Under the pieces are notes generated by a model that had not been told where the DNA came from, did no database searches, and saw nothing but the letters and a program-made list of their open reading frames with translations. Made by a program: the position numbers and the translations under genes. 64,000 bases of DNA from the NCBI GenBank assembly GCA_016938695.1, contig JAFGUC010000043.1, forward strand, positions 119,213 through 183,212, given 5' to 3'. This document shows, one piece after another, positions 38,392-46,800 of this stretch; the first letter of the stretch is position 1, and each line of letters begins with the position of its first letter. Origin of the DNA: Candidatus Woesearchaeota archaeon. Its GTDB lineage: Archaea > Nanobdellota > Nanobdellia > Woesearchaeales > JAFGUC01.

Positions 38392-39007
38392 CAAAGTAGA
38401 AATAAAAAATCTAGGAATAAAATTCAAATTCCATAATAAAACTTCTACAAAAAAATCCACATTTTTTGCATTAAGAAATATAAATATTACTGCAAACTCT
38501 GGAGACGTTATAGGAATTATTGGAAAAAATGGTGCAGGAAAAACAACACTCTTACGAGCTATTGCAGGAATATACATTCCAGATGAAGGAAGTATTAACG
38601 TAGAAGGACATCCTTTTTTAATGGACCTAAAAAGCGGATTCAATAGAGAAATTGACGGAATTTCAAACATATTTCTTGTTTGTGCTATGAATAAACAAAC
38701 AACAAATCAAACCAAAAAAAAACTGACTAGTATAGTAAATTTTTCAGGAATTAAAAAATTCATTCACGAACCAATAAATAACTATTCATCTGGAATGATT
38801 GCAAGATTAGCATTTGCAATAGGAATAAACATAGATTATGATATTTTATTAATCGATGAAACACTATCTGTAGGCGATAATGAGTTCAAAAATAAGTGTT
38901 TAGAAGAAATTAAAAAAATTACAAAAAATAAAGAGAAGATAGTATTTATCGCAAGTCATGATGAAAAAATAATCAACACATTCTGCACTAAAAAGATAGA
39001 AATATGA
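38354..39007 (+). CDS. ABC transporter ATP-binding protein (Wzt/TagH-like, short form)
   Basis: It has Walker A (GKNGAGKTTL), the signature motif (SSGM) and Walker B (ILLIDE). The ATG at 38375 is the alternative start. Confidence 0.85.
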   Translation: MQNLRGTMQKKSSKVEIKNLGIKFKFHNKTSTKKSTFFALRNINITANSGDVIGIIGKNGAGKTTLLRAIAGIYIPDEGSINVEGHPFLMDLKSGFNREIDGISNIFLVCAMNKQTTNQTKKKLTSIVNFSGIKKFIHEPINNYSSGMIARLAFAIGINIDYDILLIDETLSVGDNEFKNKCLEEIKKITKNKEKIVFIASHDEKIINTFCTKKIEI

Positions 39008-40164
39008 TACAAAAAATTGCATTCATCAGGGACGGACAATTTCCTAAAATCAGTGAATCATTCATCGTTAATAAATTAATATTTCTAAAAAAACTAGGAA
39101 AAACGATTGAACCAATTATTATTTGCAAAAAAATAAACAAAAGTAAAGATGTAAAATTTTACTTACACAAATTAAAAGAAAATAAAATAAAAATATATGA
39201 ATTCAAAAATTCCAAATCAAATTTAAAAATTACACCTAAAGAAATCATCAAAAAAATAATTAACAAAATATATCATACAAATCTAAATAAAATCAGAAAT
39301 ATAATTAAAAAAGAAAAAATTAATACTATTAATTTTGTATATGGAAAAGATATTAAAAAATACTATAAACTTAGAAAATTAAATCTAAAGATAATAACAT
39401 CATTTCATGGTTTTGATGTAATAGAACTAGAAAATGATTCTAAACTCCGAAAAATTTGTAATCAAAATTCAGACCTATTCTTAGTCAGATCAAAATATAT
39501 GAAAGCAAGATTAATTAAAAATAAACTTCCAAAGGCAAAAATAAAAATACAACATGCTGGATATGAACTTGAAAAAAAATATAACAATAAAAACATCAAA
39601 AATAAAATTCCCAAAATAATTAGTGTTGGACGATTGGTTGAAAAAAAAGGATTTGACATCCTAATTAAAAGTGCAAAAAAACTAAAAGAAAAGAAAATAA
39701 AATTCACACTTGAAATATATGGCGAAGGTCCTCTAAAACAAAAATTAAGTAAACTAATTGAAGAATATAAATTAACAGAAGAAATAAAATTAAAAGGAAA
39801 CATCGAAAACAATCTAATAAAAAATAAAATTGTTAATTCAGACATATTTGTTCTTGCATCAAAAACAGCACACAATGGAGATGAAGAAGGTATTCCGGTA
39901 GTATTAATGGAAGCCATGGCATTAGGAACAATATGCGTATCAACACATCATGCAGGAATACCTGAATTAATAAAAAATAATATAACTGGATTTTTAGTTC
40001 CACAAAATAATTCACAAAAACTCACCAATAAAATTATAACAGTATTAAACACAGATAAAAAAGAACTCAAAAAAATAAGTCAAAACGCTCAAAAAGAAAT
40101 TAAAAAAGAGTTTAGTTACAAGAGCATTATAAATAAATATAAAGAAAACATCAAAACAATATGA
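39004..40164 (+). CDS. GT4 (GT1-fold) glycosyltransferase, WcaL-like
   Basis: It has the N-terminal motif DGQFPKISESFI and the E-x7-E region (EEGIPVVLMEAMALG). It is a paralog of 41246..42502. Confidence 0.8.
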   Translation: MIQKIAFIRDGQFPKISESFIVNKLIFLKKLGKTIEPIIICKKINKSKDVKFYLHKLKENKIKIYEFKNSKSNLKITPKEIIKKIINKIYHTNLNKIRNIIKKEKINTINFVYGKDIKKYYKLRKLNLKIITSFHGFDVIELENDSKLRKICNQNSDLFLVRSKYMKARLIKNKLPKAKIKIQHAGYELEKKYNNKNIKNKIPKIISVGRLVEKKGFDILIKSAKKLKEKKIKFTLEIYGEGPLKQKLSKLIEEYKLTEEIKLKGNIENNLIKNKIVNSDIFVLASKTAHNGDEEGIPVVLMEAMALGTICVSTHHAGIPELIKNNITGFLVPQNNSQKLTNKIITVLNTDKKELKKISQNAQKEIKKEFSYKSIINKYKENIKTI

Positions 40165-41249
40165 TAAAAATAATTTTCTGGTACCAAGGAATCGCTGACC
40201 TAGTACTTAATAAGAAAAGTCACGGAGGAGCAGAAGTTCAATTACTAGAACTATCTAAGAAACTAGCCGAAGATAAAAAGTATAAAATAATTGTACTTTG
40301 TAATGAAAACTTCAAAAAATTTAATATTGAATTCGTATCTGAAAATAAAATAATTAATAAAATTAAATTTAAACCAATTAGTATAATAATTAAAAAAATT
40401 AAATTGCTAAAATACATATATATATTTAAAAAAATCAAACCAGAAATAGTAATCACAAGAACCGCATCACAAAAAGTATGGTATTCTGCAATAATATCAA
40501 AAATATTAAAATTTAAATCAATATTTATGTGTGCTCATGAAAATGATACCAACACAATTTTCCAAAAAGAACAAAAACTAGGAATAAAATACAAAATAGG
40601 ACTAAAACTTAGTTCTATTGTAATAACACAAACAAAAGAACAAAGAAAATTATTATTGAAGTATTATCATAAAAATTCAACAATAATCGACAGTGCTCAA
40701 AAAATTCCAAAAGAATTTATTAAAAAAAAAGGCGAGTACATACTTTGGGTCGGACGATCAATTGAATGGAAAAGACCAGAAATATTTTTAGATATTGCAA
40801 AAACAATGCCAAATCAAAATTTTAAAATGGTATGTAATCCTGCAAAAGGAAAAGAAAAATATCACCAAGAATTAAAAATTAAAAGTCTTAAAATAAAAAA
40901 TCTAGAATTTATAGAATTCATACCACACGAAAAAATTAACAAAATATTCAAAAAAGCAGCAATTTTCATAAATACTTCAACCAAAGAAGGATTTCCAAAT
41001 ACGTTCATAGAAGCTGGCAAAAACAAAACACCAATAATATCATTAAATGTTAATCCAAACAACATCTTTAAAACACAAAACATTGGATTATACTGTAACA
41101 ATAATCAAAATATAATTCCACAACACATTAAGACAATTTTAAAAAATTGGCAAAAATATGCAACAAGTATCTTTATATATACTTCAAAAAATCACAACAT
41201 AGAAAATACATCTAAAATATATAAAAATCTAATAGAAACCAGAAAATGA
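40161..41249 (+). CDS. GT4 glycosyltransferase
   Basis: It has GGAEVQLLELSKKLAED at the N-terminus and STKEGFPNTFIEAG (E-x7-E). Confidence 0.75.
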   Translation: MIKIIFWYQGIADLVLNKKSHGGAEVQLLELSKKLAEDKKYKIIVLCNENFKKFNIEFVSENKIINKIKFKPISIIIKKIKLLKYIYIFKKIKPEIVITRTASQKVWYSAIISKILKFKSIFMCAHENDTNTIFQKEQKLGIKYKIGLKLSSIVITQTKEQRKLLLKYYHKNSTIIDSAQKIPKEFIKKKGEYILWVGRSIEWKRPEIFLDIAKTMPNQNFKMVCNPAKGKEKYHQELKIKSLKIKNLEFIEFIPHEKINKIFKKAAIFINTSTKEGFPNTFIEAGKNKTPIISLNVNPNNIFKTQNIGLYCNNNQNIIPQHIKTILKNWQKYATSIFIYTSKNHNIENTSKIYKNLIETRK

Positions 41250-42502
41250 CTAAAAAAAATATTATCTTTTTCAAGGATGGACAATTTCCAAACATATCTG
41301 AATCACACATAACAAACAAAATAAAAAATATAAAAAAATTTGAAAAAACAATAGTCTGTAAAAGAATAAATCCACAAAATACAGAATATCTTGATAAATT
41401 AAAGGATGCCAAAATATACTATTTTAAAGGAATTCTTAGAGAAGATCAATTAAAAACATTTAGTCCTAGAAATATAATTAAAAAGATATTAGTCTCGATT
41501 TTTAATTATAAAGAATCAAAACCAAATAATACCACGCTTAAAATATATTATAATATTGAAAAAATTATATTTCTCATCTCTAAAATATTTAAACTAAATT
41601 CAAGATTAAGATTTTACCAAAATAAAATAAAAGAATTAAATCCAACAGTAATAAACGGATGTTATGGTTGGGAAATAGTTCCACTCTCAATAATAAAAGA
41701 TAAAAACCAGAAAATAATATTAGACATAAGAGGAAAAGATCTAACAGTATTAAAAAAATATAAATTCATACGACAATTAACAAAAAAAAATGCAACCCTC
41801 CTACTAACCAGATCAGAATCTATGAAAAAAGAACTCATTAATTTAGGATTCAAACAAAATAAAATAAATGTCAATCATTCCGGTTGCGATCTAACACTAT
41901 TTGAATATCAAGAAATCAAAAATTTAGACACATTAAAAATAGTTACAATTGGACGATTAGTCGAAAAAAAAGGACATTTAACCATAATAAAAGCATGTAA
42001 AAAACTTAAAAAAAAAGGAATAAAATTCAACGCAATATTCATTGGAACAGGACCAATGGAAGAAAAGATAATAAAAGAAATAAAAAAATTAAATCTTAAA
42101 AAAGAAATAAAATTAGTCGGAAATGTACAAAACAATCAAATAAAAAAATTTATTAAAAAATCAAATATTTTTATTTTACCCTCAGAAATAAGTAAACTTG
42201 GTGATCAAGAAGGAATTCCTGTTGCATTAATGGAAGCCATGGCATCTGGACTAATTTGTATATCAACCAAACACAGCGGAATACCTGAACTTATTGAAAA
42301 TAATATAAATGGGATATTAATCTCAGAAAAAGATCATAACGAACTATTTAAAAAATTAGAAGAAATAAAACAATTATCTAAAAGAAAACTTAACAATATA
42401 ACAAAAAATGCAAGACAAAAAATTGAAACCCAATTTAATGATAAAAAACAAACACAAGAATTTGAAAATATAATCAATAAATTAAATCATCAAAAAAAGT
42501 AA
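41246..42502 (+). CDS. GT4 glycosyltransferase, WcaL-like paralog
   Basis: It has DGQFPNISESHI and QEGIPVALMEAMASG. Confidence 0.8.
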   Translation: MTKKNIIFFKDGQFPNISESHITNKIKNIKKFEKTIVCKRINPQNTEYLDKLKDAKIYYFKGILREDQLKTFSPRNIIKKILVSIFNYKESKPNNTTLKIYYNIEKIIFLISKIFKLNSRLRFYQNKIKELNPTVINGCYGWEIVPLSIIKDKNQKIILDIRGKDLTVLKKYKFIRQLTKKNATLLLTRSESMKKELINLGFKQNKINVNHSGCDLTLFEYQEIKNLDTLKIVTIGRLVEKKGHLTIIKACKKLKKKGIKFNAIFIGTGPMEEKIIKEIKKLNLKKEIKLVGNVQNNQIKKFIKKSNIFILPSEISKLGDQEGIPVALMEAMASGLICISTKHSGIPELIENNINGILISEKDHNELFKKLEEIKQLSKRKLNNITKNARQKIETQFNDKKQTQEFENIINKLNHQKK

Positions 42503-44021
42503 TCGAATTAGCCACTAATTTTTTTAAATGTTCAATCAGTTTAAAACAATAAGTTTTATTTTTTAAATGAACACTACGAATATTTTTTATTAGAAATGAA
42601 ATGAAACAAAACGTGAAATATTTCTTTGATAAAAACAAAGGTTCATTATTTAACTTATACGAATTCAAATAAGAATCAAAATTAAAAGTGTTTTTCTCTG
42701 AACTTAACATTAAATTAAAAAAAGTAAATCCCATTACTGAAAATCGTATCGAATTTTCATCAATAAGATAACAAGTATTATCATGAACTAAAAAATTACT
42801 TAAGGAAGAATCAACCAAAGTAACACAAGAAACATTTTTTGATAAATAATAATTCTCTGAATACATTTTTATTATCTTATCATACATTCTAAAAGAAATT
42901 AATTTTTTATTCAAAAGATAACGTAAATCATCAAAAAACTTTATATATAAAGAATTTTTTGAATATTTTAAAGAATCAAATTTACCCGTTACTAATCCCA
43001 TTGCAGCCACAAAATCAGTATCAGAATTATCTGAAGATAACCAATCTGAACAAACAGAATAAGAATTTTTTGATACATAATGAGGAAACACATTATCAAA
43101 CTTAGAAGATAAATATACAAAATTATCGTAATAAGACCTATTTTTAAAAAATCGTATTTTGTATTTTTTTCCTAATTTACTCAAAAAAAAACAATCTCTA
43201 GATAATTTTATTTTTCCCATTTTTTTCTTTATCGAAACAGTATGATTAAAAATAGATATAATGAAATACTTTACAAAAAATGATAGTTTCCTAAACCAAA
43301 ACAAGAATTCACCAAAAAAAGAAACTCGAAAACATTTTTTCAATAAAAGCCACATAAATTCAAGCAAAATAGCAAAATCCAAAAAGAAACTAATATTTTT
43401 ATTATAATTCAAATCTAAATCAACCCAAGAATCAAAAGATAAATTATGTCCTCCTTTAACAACCCACAAAGAAATAATTCCGGGCGTTCCTAAAAATCTC
43501 GTTTTTTGCACAGAATTATAATGCAAGACTTCATCCTCAGTAGGAGGTCTAAAACCTATAAAAGACATATCTCCTTTTAAAATATTGAATAACTGCGGCA
43601 ATTCGTCAAAACCAGAACGACTCAACTTATATCCAAAATTAGTCAATCTAGGATCATTCTTTATCTTAAAAGTTGGAAATGAAGCCTCATTAAAAGGTGC
43701 TAAATCTAACTTAGTTAATACAGAATCAACATACATCGTTCGAAATTTAATTATATAAAAAATTCTCCCATTTTTACCGACTCTTCGTTGAGTAAAAAAA
43801 ATAGGACCCTTTGAATCGAAAAAAACAAACAAAGATATTAAAATAAAAATAGGAAATAAAAATACAATCAGAAGAAAAGAAACAACAATGTCCAGAAATC
43901 TTTTAAAATATAAATAAATCATAACTGGAAAAAAATGAGCATATTTAAAAAGTTTACCACAATTTAGAGATAATAAAGAATATAAAAAGAGACCCAACAA
44001 ATGAATAAATACGAATTTCAT
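42474..44021 (-). CDS. Phosphoglycosyl transferase (bacterial sugar transferase family, PglC/WbaP-type) fused to a C-terminal domain of about 300 aa with unknown, possibly kinase-like, function
   Basis: KRFLDIVVSFLLIVFLFPIFIL...GPIFFTQRRVGKNGRIFYIIKFRTM...DELPQLFNILKGDMSFIGFRPP are Bac_transf hallmarks. The C-terminal part contains SLSNFLVHDNTCYLIDENS. The ATG at 43922 is the alternative start. Confidence 0.8.
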   Translation of the reverse strand: MKFVFIHLLGLFLYSLLSLNCGKLFKYAHFFPVMIYLYFKRFLDIVVSFLLIVFLFPIFILISLFVFFDSKGPIFFTQRRVGKNGRIFYIIKFRTMYVDSVLTKLDLAPFNEASFPTFKIKNDPRLTNFGYKLSRSGFDELPQLFNILKGDMSFIGFRPPTEDEVLHYNSVQKTRFLGTPGIISLWVVKGGHNLSFDSWVDLDLNYNKNISFFLDFAILLEFMWLLLKKCFRVSFFGEFLFWFRKLSFFVKYFIISIFNHTVSIKKKMGKIKLSRDCFFLSKLGKKYKIRFFKNRSYYDNFVYLSSKFDNVFPHYVSKNSYSVCSDWLSSDNSDTDFVAAMGLVTGKFDSLKYSKNSLYIKFFDDLRYLLNKKLISFRMYDKIIKMYSENYYLSKNVSCVTLVDSSLSNFLVHDNTCYLIDENSIRFSVMGFTFFNLMLSSEKNTFNFDSYLNSYKLNNEPLFLSKKYFTFCFISFLIKNIRSVHLKNKTYCFKLIEHLKKLVANSITFFDDLIY

Positions 44022-44792
44022 GAAACCAAATTTAATATTAAAAATAGTTCGGAAACTGAAATTTTAAAAAAATATATTGAAAAATATAATCCTGAAGTAA
44101 TAGAATGTTCAGTAAAAATTAATGAAAAAACAACAGAATATTCACGAACAAATTTCTGGTTTAATACTTCCGAAAATTCAATTAGAAAAATAATAGGTTT
44201 CTTTAAAGAATTTCAAACAATCTTTAACATTGATAAAAATAACATTAAAAAAATATTTATTGAAACTAACAAAGATTGCAAAATAGAACAAATTTGTGTG
44301 GGAATTGATTCAAGAAATAACGAAAAAAGCAGATTAAAACTATGGTTCACATGCAAAAATTACGCTGAAATTCTTAAAAAAATACTTGACAAATATCCTT
44401 CTGAAAATTTCAAAAGCATAATAATTAGCAACAAACTTCTATTTGGATACGACTTCTATAAAAATGAAAAAACAGAATATAAAATATATCCTAAATATTT
44501 CCCTGAAGATATAGAATTTCTTGAAAACAACAACATCATAACAAAAAAAACTAAAATATTTCTTCAAAATGCTCAAAGATTTTATACAACACACAGAACA
44601 GATACAAATAAAAAAATTTTACATATAAGACCAATTGATGAAGAAAGTTTAATTAAGAAAATTAATAATAATAAACTAAAAGAAATATATACTTCCATAA
44701 AAGAATACCCTGGGAAAAAAAGAATTTTGATATCAATAAATCAACAAGAAATAGAAGAAAATAAATTTAGCAATATCAATATATATTATTAA
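44001..44792 (+). CDS. Hypothetical cytoplasmic protein, 263 aa
   Basis: This is a long K/I/N-rich ORF with no recognisable catalytic motif. Its 5' end overlaps the divergent PGT ORF by 21 nt if the longest PGT start is used. Confidence 0.5.
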   Translation: MNKYEFHETKFNIKNSSETEILKKYIEKYNPEVIECSVKINEKTTEYSRTNFWFNTSENSIRKIIGFFKEFQTIFNIDKNNIKKIFIETNKDCKIEQICVGIDSRNNEKSRLKLWFTCKNYAEILKKILDKYPSENFKSIIISNKLLFGYDFYKNEKTEYKIYPKYFPEDIEFLENNNIITKKTKIFLQNAQRFYTTHRTDTNKKILHIRPIDEESLIKKINNNKLKEIYTSIKEYPGKKRILISINQQEIEENKFSNINIYY

Positions 44793-45034
44793 TTAAAATT
44801 TATAATTCCATAATATAAAAATACAATCAAAGCGGCACAGACAAAAATCCAAATTAAGACAATCTTAACTTGAGAAGACTTAATAACCGGATAGTCCATT
44901 TCTAAAGCATCATCAATTATATCTTGAGGAAAACCTTTAGCTAACAATTTGTCACGAATATGAGAATTATTATTACCTCTCTTTTTCTCACGCTCCAACT
45001 GTTTAATAAATTTTTTCATATTCATTTCAAACAC
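44789..45034 (-). CDS. Tail-anchored mini-protein, 81 aa; last gene of the giant-ATPase operon
   Basis: The N-terminus is basic, followed by the short helical motif IRDKLLAKGFPQDIIDDALEM and the C-terminal TM helix IVLIWIFVCAALIVFLYYGII. Confidence 0.6.
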   Translation of the reverse strand: MFEMNMKKFIKQLEREKKRGNNNSHIRDKLLAKGFPQDIIDDALEMDYPVIKSSQVKIVLIWIFVCAALIVFLYYGIINFN

Positions 45035-45862
45035 CTATTTAACAACCCTTGAAACAACCATTTTAACCAAATCGGTTTGAACACCATACTTAGACAAGTA
45101 AGAAATTATGTACTCAGAATCAAAACCCAATTCATACATTCTTGAAACATAATTATGAAGAGATTGACCAATAAATAAAAAATTAGGATCTTCTAATCTA
45201 GCAATATCAACCAATTTTTTAGATAACTGTTCAATTTTTGAATTCAATGCTAAAAATCTTGAAAAAATATCTTTTTTTCTTTCAGAAAGTTCTTTCATTG
45301 TAACCATCAAACTACTTTGTGACTCCAACGTCGCAGCACCTTTACTAATAGTCATAAAACTATTATTCAAATAATCAATCTTATCTTTTATCTTGTCAAC
45401 AGAACCCAACAAATTAAAAAAATCATTCCACAATTTTGGAAAATCATTTTTCCTAAAAGTTTTGACTTGTAAAGTGATTTTCAAATATAATCCTTGAGCT
45501 TCATCTAACATTGATTTAGTATCGCCAAACATATCAAGAAATCGCATTTCTTTCATGAAATTTTGCAACACAGGCATCAATGATTGAGCTAAAGGTTCTC
45601 TATCATCCAAAGAATCATATAATCGTTCAATTCGAGAATGTAACCCATTAATACTTCCAAAAAAACCATGCTTATCAAAATTTATTTTGGAAATATTATC
45701 AAAAACCAAATCAGAATATTCTAATTTGCTATGACCTTCTTCATACATTCCACCTAGTTCACCTAAAGATTCTAATAAAGCCTCAGCTCGCTCATAGTCC
45801 GCTGCAATAATTTCATCAAATGAATTTATTCTAGCCTTAATAACCTCTAGTTTTGCATCCAT
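45035..45862 (-). CDS. Alpha-helical cytoplasmic protein, 275 aa
   Basis: The sequence is helix-rich, and the gene overlaps the upstream gene by 1 nt. The C-terminus ELGFDSEYIISYLSKYGVQTDLVKMVV resembles the motif found in the 81-aa protein and at the C-terminus of the giant. Confidence 0.7.
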   Translation of the reverse strand: MDAKLEVIKARINSFDEIIAADYERAEALLESLGELGGMYEEGHSKLEYSDLVFDNISKINFDKHGFFGSINGLHSRIERLYDSLDDREPLAQSLMPVLQNFMKEMRFLDMFGDTKSMLDEAQGLYLKITLQVKTFRKNDFPKLWNDFFNLLGSVDKIKDKIDYLNNSFMTISKGAATLESQSSLMVTMKELSERKKDIFSRFLALNSKIEQLSKKLVDIARLEDPNFLFIGQSLHNYVSRMYELGFDSEYIISYLSKYGVQTDLVKMVVSRVVK

Positions 45863-46800
45863 TAATAAGACCTCATGAATATTAAATCATCATCAACTGG
45901 TTTTTTACTAACTTCTTCCTTCTTAATTTCTGGTTTTTCAACCTTTTTTATTGTTGTATCGACTTCTTCAGTAACTGAAATATTTTTTATCGTATCTTTA
46001 ATAGAGATATCACTTGATAAAGAACTTTCTCGAATTCCAGATTGCTCTAAAACTAATTTAGATTTTTTATCAATCATCTCAGTAAATTTAGTCAATTCTT
46101 CCATACGCCGATTAAGTAATTCTCGTGGAACATAATTCTTCATCTGAAAACCAATCATCTGCTGTTGGGTCGACAATTTCTTAAGAGACGAATCAATCAT
46201 AGATAAACTATTAAAATACTTCAAAGATTGAGTATAATTCTTTTGCATCTCTGTAAAAAAACTTTGCGAACGTTCCAACTCTAAAGATAATTTTGATTCG
46301 ACCTGTAAAACATTTTTCAAAAGATTTTGAACATTTTTATTCAAATCTTGAAGATCATTTACTGAACCAAGACCTAATACTTTTTCGCGAACATCAGAAA
46401 TCTCAGATTTAACTGAATCAACTAAAGAAATAAAAGAATCTATCTTTGCTTCTACAGCATCAATGTGCATGCTTTCTTCTTCAAATTTTTTACTTAAGCC
46501 CATTGGATCAAGAATATTTACTAATTCTTCTGATTTTAATGCACGTGACTCCAATTTCTCAATATATTTTTCCTGTTGCATCAGTTTTCCACGAAGCTCA
46601 CCAATCAAAATATTCATCTTTGAGAACATTTGATTTACTTCATTTCGTTTTTGCTGTTGCGATTCAAACTTCTGTTGCAAGTCAGATATAGCATCAGAGA
46701 TACCTAATGCTTTTGCTTCAAGTTCGGCCCGTATTTGAGACGTCTGCGAAGAAGAATTCTCTTCTGTTGAATTATTATTTTCCTCATCCACCATTCTCAT
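45862..46800 (-). CDS. Coiled-coil protein, 312 aa, with acidic N-terminus and K/E-rich C-terminus
   Basis: Long heptad-like stretches are present (ELEAKALGISDAISDLQQKFESQQQKRNEVNQMF...). The start overlaps the 726-aa gene by 17 nt. Confidence 0.7.
   Translation of the reverse strand: MRMVDEENNNSTEENSSSQTSQIRAELEAKALGISDAISDLQQKFESQQQKRNEVNQMFSKMNILIGELRGKLMQQEKYIEKLESRALKSEELVNILDPMGLSKKFEEESMHIDAVEAKIDSFISLVDSVKSEISDVREKVLGLGSVNDLQDLNKNVQNLLKNVLQVESKLSLELERSQSFFTEMQKNYTQSLKYFNSLSMIDSSLKKLSTQQQMIGFQMKNYVPRELLNRRMEELTKFTEMIDKKSKLVLEQSGIRESSLSSDISIKDTIKNISVTEEVDTTIKKVEKPEIKKEEVSKKPVDDDLIFMRSY

Noticed and set aside
38350-39917. Minus-strand ORFs (38350-38670, 39462-39917, 39833-40015) antisense to the ABC ATPase and GT4 genes.
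   Set aside because: The plus-strand genes carry unambiguous Walker and E-x7-E motifs. The antisense products are featureless.
44001-44792. The 263-aa protein considered as an ABBA-type prenyltransferase, because of repeated [KR]-x-[WYF]-[FY] strand-like motifs (LKLWFT, YKIYPKY).
   Set aside because: The resemblance is too weak to call by eye and no diagnostic residues are recognisable. I left it as hypothetical.
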